Assembly (NCBI GenBank): GCA_963715195.1
Contig: CAVQRT010000002.1
Location: 256,001 to 320,000 of the forward strand
Length of the DNA: 64,000 nt
Direction: 5' to 3'
Source of the DNA: Thermodesulfovibrionales bacterium
Lineage (GTDB): Bacteria > Nitrospirota > Thermodesulfovibrionia > Thermodesulfovibrionales > SM23-35
How positions within the stretch are numbered: the first letter of the stretch is position 1; each line of letters opens with the position of its first letter. The position numbers and the translations under genes are program-made. Below, piece after piece: positions 20,873-30,473 of the stretch. The notes beneath the pieces are model-generated. The model was given only the letters and a program-made list of their open reading frames with translations. It did not search any database and was not told the origin of the DNA.

Positions 20873-21667
20873 TTACCAGTTGTTATCCCGGACATAGCCG
20901 TATTCAACAAGCATATGACCGGCGAGGTCTTTGACAGTCTTCTTTTCTTCACCGGTCATTCTTTTCCACCTGCCTCTCCCGTCAAAGAGGGGTTGATTAA
21001 TTTGCCAATTGCGGTGTTGGCGATGGTATGCTTCATGCGCTGCCGGGGGTTTTGCGATCTCATCGGAATAGTAACGCCTTGGAGTCTTGTGATACTCCCG
21101 CATAGCCGGCTCGAAATCAACCCCCAGAAAAGCCAGAAGAGAATGCATTGAGGAGTCAAAATCCTCTATAAGGCTTTCGTATCGCATTACATGCACATTA
21201 GGGTGTTCCCAGAACTGCCGCCCCGCTTCGTTGTCGTCCATCCAGCGCCTTATCCCGTCTTCAATCGAGCCTGTACGATCCTGTATGGAGCACGCAACGT
21301 CACGGCCGTCTCTGATCATCAGGATGATTTTCGATTCAGGCCTGATGTCCAGAAATTTCTTGATACAGTATATATGTCTCGGGGTTTTTTCTAACCACCC
21401 TGATTTACCCGCACGAACTGCGGTCATGTCAAATAGCCAGAGGTGCAGTCTCATTTTCCATGGCTTGCGGAATCCTACGGAGGTTTCGGTAGGGACAGCA
21501 TACAATTGGGAATGTGTTCCCAGTATTGCCAAAAGGAGAGATGTCCCGCTGTGTCCGCATCCTACAATAAAAGCAGGAGGATACGTGAGTTTTTTCCCCC
21601 TCACCAGTCTGCTGAAAAGATATCCATGTGCGACTTTGAGAATGCTTAGAAGAGTATTGCATTTCAT
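20873..21667 (-). CDS. sulfotransferase
   Basis: FIVGCGHSGTSLL, WLEKTP, IRDGRDVACS, MRYESL. Confidence 0.85.
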   Translation of the reverse strand: MKCNTLLSILKVAHGYLFSRLVRGKKLTYPPAFIVGCGHSGTSLLLAILGTHSQLYAVPTETSVGFRKPWKMRLHLWLFDMTAVRAGKSGWLEKTPRHIYCIKKFLDIRPESKIILMIRDGRDVACSIQDRTGSIEDGIRRWMDDNEAGRQFWEHPNVHVMRYESLIEDFDSSMHSLLAFLGVDFEPAMREYHKTPRRYYSDEIAKPPAAHEAYHRQHRNWQINQPLFDGRGRWKRMTGEEKKTVKDLAGHMLVEYGYVRDNNW

Positions 21668-21736
21668 GGTGGTTTTTTACATCGAGCATACAGCAGAGAC
21701 CGGAGCTTTTCTCCTCAATAGTATCCCAATACATTC

Positions 21737-22087
21737 TGGTGGAGGCGGCGGGAATTGAACCCGCGTCCGAAAGTACTACTCTCAGGCTTCTACATGTGTA
21801 TCCTGCCTATTGATTTTCGAACCCCGGGCTGCCGGCAGGACGGCGTCCCGAAATTCCATCCTCTTGTTTCTCGCCCCGTAGTCAGAGGAATATCTCCGGA
21901 ACCAGCCTGCTTGCTGACGCTGTCTCCTGAAGCACAGGCAACTTCAGGGCAGCGTGCTGCTTAGTTAATTAAGCAGCAAGTGCCAGTTCGTTGTTGGCGT
22001 TTGTGTTTGTTTCCGTCTTTTTTCGTGGTGACGGAGCCACGACATGCAACCTGATCCTCGTAACCCCCGTCGAGCCCTTTCGCCCCC
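21737..22087 (-). ncRNA. ssrA: tmRNA, tag peptide (A)ANNELALAA
   Basis: 5' GGGGGCGAAAGGGCTCGACG; 3' GGACGCGGGTTCAATTCCCGCCGCCTCCACCA; tag GCCAACAACGAACTGGCACTTGCTGCTTAA; adjacent to smpB. Confidence 0.95.
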
Positions 22088-22099
22088 CTTCCCTACATA

Positions 22100-22174
22100 C
22101 AGTAGATGGTCTGTAGTAGGTAGTATTTAGAGTAAAATTCTATCAATTTATACTATCTGCTATTTACTACCTAC
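22100..22174. repeat. inverted heptamer repeat block (YAGTAGR)
   Basis: CAGTAGA..TAGTAGG TAGTATT ... TACTATC TGCTATT TACTACC TACT; same family as 12741-12825. Confidence 0.55.
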
Positions 22175-22620
22175 TTTCTTCTTGTTTTTATGGCTTTTTC
22201 GATTTCTCTTCTTGCTTCTCTCTCTTTTATTGTATCCCTTTTTTCAAAAAATTTCTTGCCCCGTGCAAGTCCGATTTCAACTTTCGCAAAGGAACCTTTG
22301 AAATATAGCTTCAGCGGGATCAGGGTATATCCCTTTGCTTCTATTTTCCCGCGCAATCTGTCTATCTCTTTCCGGTGCAGAAGGAGCTTTCTTGTTCTCA
22401 GCGGTTCATGATTCATGATATTGCCGTGGCTGTATGGACTGATATGACAGTTCAGGAGATATGCTTCTCCCCCTTTGACGATCACATAACTGTCCTTCAG
22501 ATTAGCCCTGCCATCTCTCAGAGATTTCACCTCTGTACCAGACAGGGCAATCCCTGCCTCCAGAGTATCTTCGATATGGTAATCATGGTATGCTTTCCTA
22601 TTCTGCGAGATAATCTTCAT
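22171..22620 (-). CDS. smpB: SsrA-binding protein
   Basis: [28 protein letters not shown]. Confidence 0.97.
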   Translation of the reverse strand: MKIISQNRKAYHDYHIEDTLEAGIALSGTEVKSLRDGRANLKDSYVIVKGGEAYLLNCHISPYSHGNIMNHEPLRTRKLLLHRKEIDRLRGKIEAKGYTLIPLKLYFKGSFAKVEIGLARGKKFFEKRDTIKEREARREIEKAIKTRRK

Positions 22621-22710
22621 CCGAAACCTTCCACAGTTCAAAAAGTTCGGTTATTGGTGCATAGCTGTTTAGTGCTTGTTCCCTGATGAATTCTAAGTGC
22701 TGTTTGGTTC

Positions 22711-22785
22711 TCATTCCGGCTTGGCCGGAATCGTTCCGCTAGTTTCTAGGAAAGATTCCCGACGCGCTTCACTTGCGGGAATGAC
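22711..22785. repeat. REP-like palindrome, family C
   Basis: TCATTCCGGCTTGGCCGGAATC ... GATTCCCGACGCGCTTCACTTGCGGGAATGAC; near-identical arms at 40306-40401. Confidence 0.8.
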
Positions 22786-22827
22786 GGTCTTCTGAATGTT
22801 TTTAGTATCTCATGGAAAAACACATTA

Positions 22828-24129
22828 TTATCCCCTGCCCACGCCAACGTACTGGAAACCCTTGTCTCTCAATTTCTGCGGGTCGTAGACGTTCCGCAAA
22901 TCAAAAAAATAATTCCCTTTCATGAGGTTCGCAAGTCTGTCGAATTCAAGATTTCTGAATTGATTCCACTCTGTCATAATCACGACTGCATCAGCGCCTT
23001 TGACGGTATCATAGGAATCTCTGCAGTACTTTACATTGGGGCACACCTTCGCCGCCTCTTCCATCGAAACCGGATCATATGCCCTGATATTTGCCTTTTC
23101 TTTCAGGAGCGCATGGATGATCGAGATCGACGGGGCGTCACGGATGTCATCGGTATTCGGCTTAAAGGAAAGACCAAGGATAGCGACCGTCTTGCCCTTG
23201 AGCACACCCATTGCACTCATGATTTTCTGAACCATACGTTTTCTCTGCTTTTCGTTGGCCCGCACTGCAGCGCCAATGACACTCAGCTCGATGCCATGCT
23301 CTTCTGCTATCCTGATGAGTGCATTGGTGTCCTTGGGGAGACATGACCCACCGTACCCAGGTCCTGGATGGAGAAATTTCGACCCGATCCGCTGATCCAG
23401 TCCCATCCCTTTCGCAACCGTATGGACATCTGCACCGACTCTTTCGCAAAGCGTTGCCATCTCGTTGATGAATGAGATTTTTGTTGCGAGAAAGGAGTTT
23501 GAGGCATATTTGATCATTTCTGCCGTCTCGACATTGGTAATGACGAATGGCGTCTCGATAAGATAGAGAGGTTTATACAGGTCCCTCATGATTGCAACCG
23601 CCTGGGCACTCTTTGCACCGATGACAACTCTGTTGGGCCTCATGAAATCCTCAAGAGCAGAACCTTCCCGCAAGAACTCTGGGTTTGAAACAATATCAAA
23701 GTCGATCTTTCCATTCAGGTTTCGTGAAATAATGTCTTGTATCTTTTCGCCTGTTCCTACAGGCACCGTGCTTTTTGTAACGATCACTTTATAGCCATCC
23801 ATAGCCTTTGCGATTGCCGTTGCAACATCTTCAACATATTTGAGATCAGCTGATCCGTCTCCTCTCCGGGGAGTACCGACAGCAATAAATATGACCAGGG
23901 ACGACTCGACCGCTTTTTCTACCTTTTTTGTGAATTGAAGCCTTCCCTGCTTCAGATTCCTCTTGACCAGTTCACCGATGCCGGGCTCATAAAAGGGAAT
24001 TTCTCCCTTTTTTAGAAGGCGAATTTTCTTCTCATCTTTGTCAACGCAGGTAACAAACAATCCAAATTCCGCAAAGCAGGCTCCCGTCACCAGTCCAACG
24101 TATCCTGTTCCGATGATTCCTATATGCAT
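22828..24129 (-). CDS. ugd: UDP-glucose 6-dehydrogenase
   Basis: GTGYVGL, KSTVPVGT, SNPEFLREG, GYGGSCLPKD. Confidence 0.95.
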   Translation of the reverse strand: MHIGIIGTGYVGLVTGACFAEFGLFVTCVDKDEKKIRLLKKGEIPFYEPGIGELVKRNLKQGRLQFTKKVEKAVESSLVIFIAVGTPRRGDGSADLKYVEDVATAIAKAMDGYKVIVTKSTVPVGTGEKIQDIISRNLNGKIDFDIVSNPEFLREGSALEDFMRPNRVVIGAKSAQAVAIMRDLYKPLYLIETPFVITNVETAEMIKYASNSFLATKISFINEMATLCERVGADVHTVAKGMGLDQRIGSKFLHPGPGYGGSCLPKDTNALIRIAEEHGIELSVIGAAVRANEKQRKRMVQKIMSAMGVLKGKTVAILGLSFKPNTDDIRDAPSISIIHALLKEKANIRAYDPVSMEEAAKVCPNVKYCRDSYDTVKGADAVVIMTEWNQFRNLEFDRLANLMKGNYFFDLRNVYDPQKLRDKGFQYVGVGRG

Positions 24130-24287
24130 GAGTCCTCCGTAGAGTTATTCGAAAAATGATTTCGCATATTATAATCTATTTTTGAGCCGGCAAGAGTCTG
24201 TATACCACATTCCATATAAAATCTAACATGTTCTGATAGCAATCTTATTCTCTCAGAGATTATACTTATGCGTTTAGAGGAAGCTTC

Positions 24288-26732
24288 ATGAGGGAATCTA
24301 ATCAAAGAATATATTTGTTTCTTATCGGGGGTTTATGCCTTTATGGGTTCACACTTCCTCTTTCGAAGAGCATCAGCACCATCGTCATGGCGGCGGTCTA
24401 CGCAGCAACGCTCGGCATCTTCGGTATGAATACACAGTTCAGGATCAAAATCATGGGATCGTTGCGGCAACCCCTGAATCTCCCCATGGGTTTGTATGTT
24501 GGTGTTCTGTGCACGGGGGTGCTTTTTTCACAAGACTTGAGGGAGGGGATCTCTGTAGTCAAACAGGCGGCTAATCTTTTTTTAGTATATCTGATGGTTG
24601 CCGTGTTACTTGACGCAGAGAAAGAAAATGAAAAAAGGGCCCTTTATGCCCACAACATCCTTTTTTCATTCCTGGCGGGCATCATGGTCCTCGACCTTGC
24701 CGGCCTGCTCACGTACGGAGGTATCATCGGCAACGAACAATACATCCTGCCGGTTAGGCCCTTCAACATGCATCATATATGGTTCGGCAACCTGAGTGCA
24801 CTCGGCCTCTTCGGAGCTGTTTTGCTGCTGCTTTTTCCGCCTTCTCCCATGAAGCCGCTGCAAACCGGGGCACTCTGTCTGATCATTCCCGCTACTTTCG
24901 CGTCCATGGTGCTCTCCATGTCGAGGACTGCATGGCTGGGAGCTCTCTGTTCCGGCATGGTATTGTTCTATTTTCTGGCAAACAAAAAAAGGACCTTTTT
25001 CTTTGCATCGGTATTTCTTCTGGCCTGTTGCATTGCAATCTATTTCGTGAGTGAGATAGTCCAGGCACGAGTAGATCAGATATATACCGATATCTCACTG
25101 TTTCTCGCAGGAAACCCCGATACCTCCCTTGGAGCAAGATTTACGATGTGGAAAGCTTCCATATCAATGTTTCTCACAAACCCTCTGTTTGGCGTCGGGA
25201 CAGGTGACTATAAAGCTATGGTTTCACTGTTCGTCGCTTCCGGTCAGTACCCCAGTATCTTAGGAAAGTTTAACCAGCCGCATAACATGTATCTTTTTGC
25301 TCTTGCTACAAACGGTATAATAGGTTTTTCTGCCCTGCTGTTTATCTTTTATGTAGTTCTGAGTCACGCCAAACATCTCACTTATGCCCCGAAGGGAAAG
25401 AAAATCTTTGGTCTGCTTGGACTATCTGTGGCAGTACATTATCTGGTCGCAGGCATGACGGAATCTCTCCTGAATATTCACCTTTTGCTCTGTGTGTTTG
25501 CACTGCTGACGGGAATTACGGTGAGGATGCAAAAAAATAAGGCGACCGTTAGCACTGCAAAGGACAGAAACGAGAACCCAGGGGGAGAAGTTTCCAGAGG
25601 AGATGCCTGTACCGGCTTCCACCGAGTCAATATTCTCCATGTAATCGTTTCGCTCCCTGTGGGGGGCGTTGAAAATACGATCATACGGATCATAAAGGGA
25701 TATCAACCGGAAAAATATTATCCCATAATCTGCTGCATACGGGAGAGCGGTTTTCTGGCGCAATCACTGATTAAGAAGGGATATGAAGTTATTGTTTTGA
25801 ACCGGATGAAGTCACGCCGTTTCGATTTCATGGCAATTAAAGACCTGTATAACCTTATCAGGTCGAAACGTATAACGATTGTGCGCACTCATCAATATCA
25901 TGCCAATCTCTATGGTCGCATTGCAGCCATCATGGCAAATGTTCCTTGCATTGTCGCTTCTGTGCATAATATTTACACAAGGGACAGAAAGCTGCACCGG
26001 AGAATGATGAATTACATCCTCTCAAAATGCACGGACAGAATAGTTGCGGTTTCGCAAGCCGTTAAGGATGACATCATGAAATATGACAAAATCAGCGGCG
26101 ATAAAATAGTGGTTATTTATAATGGTATTCCGCTCAATGAATTCGACTCCTCTCTTTCCTCAAAAAGAGCAAGAGAAATTATGAACTTTCCCCCAAAAAT
26201 TACGCTCATAGGTTCTGTGGGAAGATTGGTTGAACAAAAAGGGCACCGATACCTGATAGAGGCTGCTCAGAACATGAAAGATTGTTGCATCGTTATCGCT
26301 GGAGATGGTCCCATAAGGAAAGATTTGGAAGCACATTCAGCAAGACTGAACGTAAACGCAATTTTTTTAGGATCCATCGAGCCAAAGACTGTTCCGGTAT
26401 TTCTGAGGGCGATTGATATTTTCTGCTTTCCATCGGTATGGGAAGGGTTCGGAATTGCGCTTGTGGAAGCAATGTCCTCCGGGCTACCGATTGTTGCATC
26501 CGATATTCCGCCTCACAGAGAGGTTATGGCTGACGCAGGCGTATACGTTTCACCCCAAGATGCGGGGCAATTGAGGCAGAGCCTTACCATCGTCATTCAG
26601 GACTTGGCTCTGCGGGAATCGCTATCTCGGAGAGCCCGGAAGAGGGCTCACATTTTTTCTATCGAGCATACAACAGCGTCATATGCAGCGCTCTATGATG
26701 ACATTTTGATAAGAAAAGCAGGTGCTTCGTGA
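24288..26732 (+). CDS. O-antigen ligase (WaaL/Wzy_C) fused to a GT4 glycosyltransferase
   Basis: Multi-TM N-terminal half with SRTAWL, TSLGARFTMWK, NPLFGVGTG, QPHNMY; C-terminal half with GGVE, VGRLVEQKG, EGFGIALVEAM. Confidence 0.85.
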   Translation: MRESNQRIYLFLIGGLCLYGFTLPLSKSISTIVMAAVYAATLGIFGMNTQFRIKIMGSLRQPLNLPMGLYVGVLCTGVLFSQDLREGISVVKQAANLFLVYLMVAVLLDAEKENEKRALYAHNILFSFLAGIMVLDLAGLLTYGGIIGNEQYILPVRPFNMHHIWFGNLSALGLFGAVLLLLFPPSPMKPLQTGALCLIIPATFASMVLSMSRTAWLGALCSGMVLFYFLANKKRTFFFASVFLLACCIAIYFVSEIVQARVDQIYTDISLFLAGNPDTSLGARFTMWKASISMFLTNPLFGVGTGDYKAMVSLFVASGQYPSILGKFNQPHNMYLFALATNGIIGFSALLFIFYVVLSHAKHLTYAPKGKKIFGLLGLSVAVHYLVAGMTESLLNIHLLLCVFALLTGITVRMQKNKATVSTAKDRNENPGGEVSRGDACTGFHRVNILHVIVSLPVGGVENTIIRIIKGYQPEKYYPIICCIRESGFLAQSLIKKGYEVIVLNRMKSRRFDFMAIKDLYNLIRSKRITIVRTHQYHANLYGRIAAIMANVPCIVASVHNIYTRDRKLHRRMMNYILSKCTDRIVAVSQAVKDDIMKYDKISGDKIVVIYNGIPLNEFDSSLSSKRAREIMNFPPKITLIGSVGRLVEQKGHRYLIEAAQNMKDCCIVIAGDGPIRKDLEAHSARLNVNAIFLGSIEPKTVPVFLRAIDIFCFPSVWEGFGIALVEAMSSGLPIVASDIPPHREVMADAGVYVSPQDAGQLRQSLTIVIQDLALRESLSRRARKRAHIFSIEHTTASYAALYDDILIRKAGAS

Positions 26733-26899
26733 GAGTATTCAGAATGAGCAGGCTCTCTTCATCATGTACAACGCTTCCGCGATACCGTGAACAGGCTATA
26801 GATAAAGGATTCGGTTCCAAATAAAAAATGAATACAGCCGGGCACAAGGTACCTTGGGCAATAACAAGCAAACGTTTACTGTATAACAAGCCGTCAGAC

Positions 26900-28549
26900 A
26901 TGCTGAATGTTTTGTTCATTCTGTGCTTCACGGTGATTATTTATGTGCCTTTCCTTGGGCTACCCTCATGGGACGGCCACGAACCTATGCGGGTGATCGT
27001 TTCGGGTTACATGTTAAAAACAGGCAATTGGATAATTCCTATGCTCCACGGGAAGCTGTATCTCCTGAAGCCACCTCTCATGAACTGGCTCATTGCAGCA
27101 AGTGGCATCCTCTTCGGGACCATCAATGAGTGGACATCACGGTTACCCTCTGTGTTTATCGTGGCAATCACGGGATTATCAATATACGTGATGACCGGCA
27201 AATGGCTTAGTAGGAAAGGCAGGCTTTTTGCTGCTGTCGCAACGCTCAGCATGATCGGGCTCATTGAAAAAGGCAGGGAAGCGGATATGGACAGCCTGTT
27301 CGTTTTCTCTGTCGTACTGATATTATTGGTCTGGATAAATGGGTACACGAGAAAGTGGAAACCGTCTTTGCTCTGGAGCAGTTCTCTTCTGCTGTTATCA
27401 ATTGGATTTTTGGCAAAGGGGCCACAGGTTCTCGCATTCTTTTACCTCACTGTTTTCGCCTACCTGCTGCTGAGAAAAGACATATCATTCTTCTTTTCAA
27501 AAGCCCATCTCTTCGGTATCTTTTTTTTCGCGCTGGTTCTCGCGGGTTACCTGTCATTCGTCCTGGAATGGGTAACCTTCAACGAATACATGAAGATGTG
27601 GATTGATCAGATAACCCAGAGGGGCGAAAGCAGGTATTCTTACGCATTCATAAGGCATCTTATTTCATATCCTTTCGAAGCTATTTTCTCCTTCATGCCA
27701 TGGACGGTTCTCATCGTCCCGATCCTTTTCTATAGGGATTCCCGGAAAGAAGCAAGAGAGGTATTGACGAACGAAATCTTCTTCTTCGCCCTTGTGATGG
27801 TAATTGTTAATTTCCCCTTGTACTGGCTGCTGAAAACAGCGCGATTTAGGTATTTCCTGCCTGCCGGACCTTTTATCGCTATCGGAATTGCAGCGCTTTA
27901 CGACAAATATTTAGACGGAATCAGAGAAAATCGAAACACTACCGTTTTTTTAAAACGGTTCTTGGTACTCTTGTCCTGGTTGGTGATTATTGCTGTATTT
28001 ACCCTCATGCCTTTAATCCTTGTGCTGAAGTTTTCATTCTCTCCGTCTTTACTTGTTTTGATGGGATCGCTTGCATTTGCTGCCTTTTTTGTCCTTCACA
28101 AAATAAACTCCCTCAAGTTAATGGGGATGTCTGTCTGCATAGCTTTCTTTTCCGGACTCTGTTTTCTTACCTATACCTATCTCGATATACAACACGACTT
28201 GCAGAAAGATTATAACGCCAAAACCATTGCATACCAAATAAATGCACTATTGCCTCACGACGTTAACACGGTATATGAGATGGGATATAGGCGGCTGCTC
28301 GAAATTACCTGTTATCTGGGAAAAGAGGTCATCCAACTGGATAATTTTTCCCAACTAAAATCTCTCAGTGATAAGGAGGGGAAGATTTATTTTATCTTTG
28401 ATACCGCTTTTTTAAGGACAGGGAATGCAGTTGACAGAAATACATTTTTACAGGAGATCCCATGGAAAAAAGTTTTTTCCTTCTCTGTAAAAAAAGGGGA
28501 GAAAGAAATAGTGATTGGATATCTGGTGAAAAAAACTGATGAACGCTAA
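26900..28549 (+). CDS. GT39/ArnT-like polyprenyl-sugar transferase (start may be 26828)
   Basis: HEPMR..MLKTGNWIIP..KPPLMNWL..EWTSRLPS; LAKGP; many TM helices. Confidence 0.85.
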   Translation: MLNVLFILCFTVIIYVPFLGLPSWDGHEPMRVIVSGYMLKTGNWIIPMLHGKLYLLKPPLMNWLIAASGILFGTINEWTSRLPSVFIVAITGLSIYVMTGKWLSRKGRLFAAVATLSMIGLIEKGREADMDSLFVFSVVLILLVWINGYTRKWKPSLLWSSSLLLLSIGFLAKGPQVLAFFYLTVFAYLLLRKDISFFFSKAHLFGIFFFALVLAGYLSFVLEWVTFNEYMKMWIDQITQRGESRYSYAFIRHLISYPFEAIFSFMPWTVLIVPILFYRDSRKEAREVLTNEIFFFALVMVIVNFPLYWLLKTARFRYFLPAGPFIAIGIAALYDKYLDGIRENRNTTVFLKRFLVLLSWLVIIAVFTLMPLILVLKFSFSPSLLVLMGSLAFAAFFVLHKINSLKLMGMSVCIAFFSGLCFLTYTYLDIQHDLQKDYNAKTIAYQINALLPHDVNTVYEMGYRRLLEITCYLGKEVIQLDNFSQLKSLSDKEGKIYFIFDTAFLRTGNAVDRNTFLQEIPWKKVFSFSVKKGEKEIVIGYLVKKTDER

Positions 28550-29321
28550 TACATTTTACAGGATTATCTGTTTTACCAGATGCAACGTCCCAAAACCGGA
28601 ACCTGAAGAACTATTATCGAAAATTAAAACAGCTGAGGGATCTCCGATAAGCGTGATTAAAGAGACTACGCACCCTGCAGAAATTAAGCGTACCCTGAAG
28701 GTAAAGATTGTTCCCTGGGGAGACCTTTGCCTTCATGAATACAGGTGGAATGCAAGAAGGGTTGCCCTCTCGCCCTTTTGTCTGTCTAGAGCGAAGAGGA
28801 CGTGGAAATTTTACGATGAGATGTTGAAAAATCAAGTTTTTGTCCCGGAACCGGTAATTTTCCTGGAGATGAAAAAATTGATTTTTGTTGTGAAAACCTA
28901 TCTGGCCACGCGGTGGATTGATGGAGGATTCAGCTTACACCGGCTTGCTCTTAAAAAAGATATCCCTTACCCTTTTGATTTCCTGACAATTCTCTGCATA
29001 TGTGTCGATACATTGGTCAAGTTTCATAAGGCGGGTTTTATTCATGGAGACCTGAAATGGTCAAACCTGCACTATGTCAAGAATCAGCATCCCCATATCT
29101 TATTAACAGACTTTGATGCCCTTCGACAAACCTCCTCACTCCGGTTGCAGGGCAGAGATTTCGCGAGATTTCTTATCGCCCCGGAAAAGTATCACCTGAA
29201 AAAGGAAAGCGCTGAGCTCCTAATAGAGAGGTACCTCACGGCGAGATCTTCTTGCCGGCCTCCACTGGAAAAAGCTATACGGAAATATCTGGCAAAGAAG
29301 CTCAGTGGTTTATCCCGATAA
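28539..29321 (+). CDS. LPS kinase (Kdo/WaaP/InaA family)
   Basis: SRAKRTW, VPEP, FHKAGFIHGDLKWSN, LTDFD. Confidence 0.8.
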   Translation: MNANTFYRIICFTRCNVPKPEPEELLSKIKTAEGSPISVIKETTHPAEIKRTLKVKIVPWGDLCLHEYRWNARRVALSPFCLSRAKRTWKFYDEMLKNQVFVPEPVIFLEMKKLIFVVKTYLATRWIDGGFSLHRLALKKDIPYPFDFLTILCICVDTLVKFHKAGFIHGDLKWSNLHYVKNQHPHILLTDFDALRQTSSLRLQGRDFARFLIAPEKYHLKKESAELLIERYLTARSSCRPPLEKAIRKYLAKKLSGLSR

Positions 29322-29331
29322 TTTTTACGGC

Positions 29332-30468
29332 ATGCGGATTGCAATAATCAAAAGTAATTTCACACCGTACGGTGGTGCTGAAAAGTACACGACCAGATTG
29401 ATTGGGGCCTTTCTAAAGAATAATTTTTCGGTAGATGTCATCACAACTGCCCACAGCGACTGGAGCAGCACGGATCTGAAGTTGAGACAGATAGTCCTCA
29501 AACAGTGCCACTGCACTAACCTCCTCAGACTCATGACTTTCCATGCATCCGTCAAACAATACTTGCAGAAAGAACCTTATGATTGCATTTTAGGGATGGA
29601 ATGCACAGGATATCATACGCATATACGAGCAGGAGGCGGTTGTCATGCAGCATGGATCCGGCGCAGGTGTGCTGAAAGCTCCTGGTTACGATGTTTGAGT
29701 TTTAGGATGAACCCTTTTCATAAAGCGATGATGGCGTTAGAGAAAACCGCTTTCCTCTCTGATAGGCTCAAAAGAATTATTTGCAACTCTCATCTTGTCG
29801 AGAATGAGATTGCATCTTTTTATCCCCGGGCGAAAGACAAGGTCACGGTAGTGCACAATGGAGTTGAATGGGACGAAGTCGCTAATGCATTTGAAACCGG
29901 ACTCAAGAAAAGAGATGACATTGTGCGGAATCTTCACCTGAATCCGGATAGGTTTTTTTTCCTGTTTGTAGGCAGTGGATATGAAAGAAAAGGACTTGCA
30001 AAAGCTATTAGGGCGCTTCTTTTTCTCCCCGACTATGCCGACCTTATCATTGTGGGAAAAGACAGGCGTCAAAACTACTACGAAGGACTCTGCAAAAAAT
30101 CAGGGCTCGCAAAACGTGTCCATTTTCTTGGCCCTCAAAAAAATATCATCCCGTTTCTGCAGGTTGCTGATGCATTTGTGCTCCCTACGATTTACGACCC
30201 ATTCTCGAATGCATCTCTGGAGGCTCTTGCAATGGGCGTATATCTGGTAACGAGCAATGCCAATGGCTGTTCAGAGGTCATGACAGAAGGATCCGGCTTT
30301 ATCATAAGAAATCTTAGCGACACACATTCTGTCGCAGAGGCTATGAGGACGGCTCTCGAGCCCCACCTGCCCAAAAAAGAAATCCGGGAAACGGTACGGC
30401 ATCTTGATTTTGAAAAACAACTTCAAAAGATTGTTGATAGCTGCATTGCGGATATGCAAAGAGGTTAA
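29332..30468 (+). CDS. GT4 LPS core glycosyltransferase (WaaG-like)
   Basis: FTPYGGAEKY, FVGSGYERKGL, YDPFSNASLEALA. Confidence 0.85.
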   Translation: MRIAIIKSNFTPYGGAEKYTTRLIGAFLKNNFSVDVITTAHSDWSSTDLKLRQIVLKQCHCTNLLRLMTFHASVKQYLQKEPYDCILGMECTGYHTHIRAGGGCHAAWIRRRCAESSWLRCLSFRMNPFHKAMMALEKTAFLSDRLKRIICNSHLVENEIASFYPRAKDKVTVVHNGVEWDEVANAFETGLKKRDDIVRNLHLNPDRFFFLFVGSGYERKGLAKAIRALLFLPDYADLIIVGKDRRQNYYEGLCKKSGLAKRVHFLGPQKNIIPFLQVADAFVLPTIYDPFSNASLEALAMGVYLVTSNANGCSEVMTEGSGFIIRNLSDTHSVAEAMRTALEPHLPKKEIRETVRHLDFEKQLQKIVDSCIADMQRG

Positions 30469-30473
30469 AGCCG

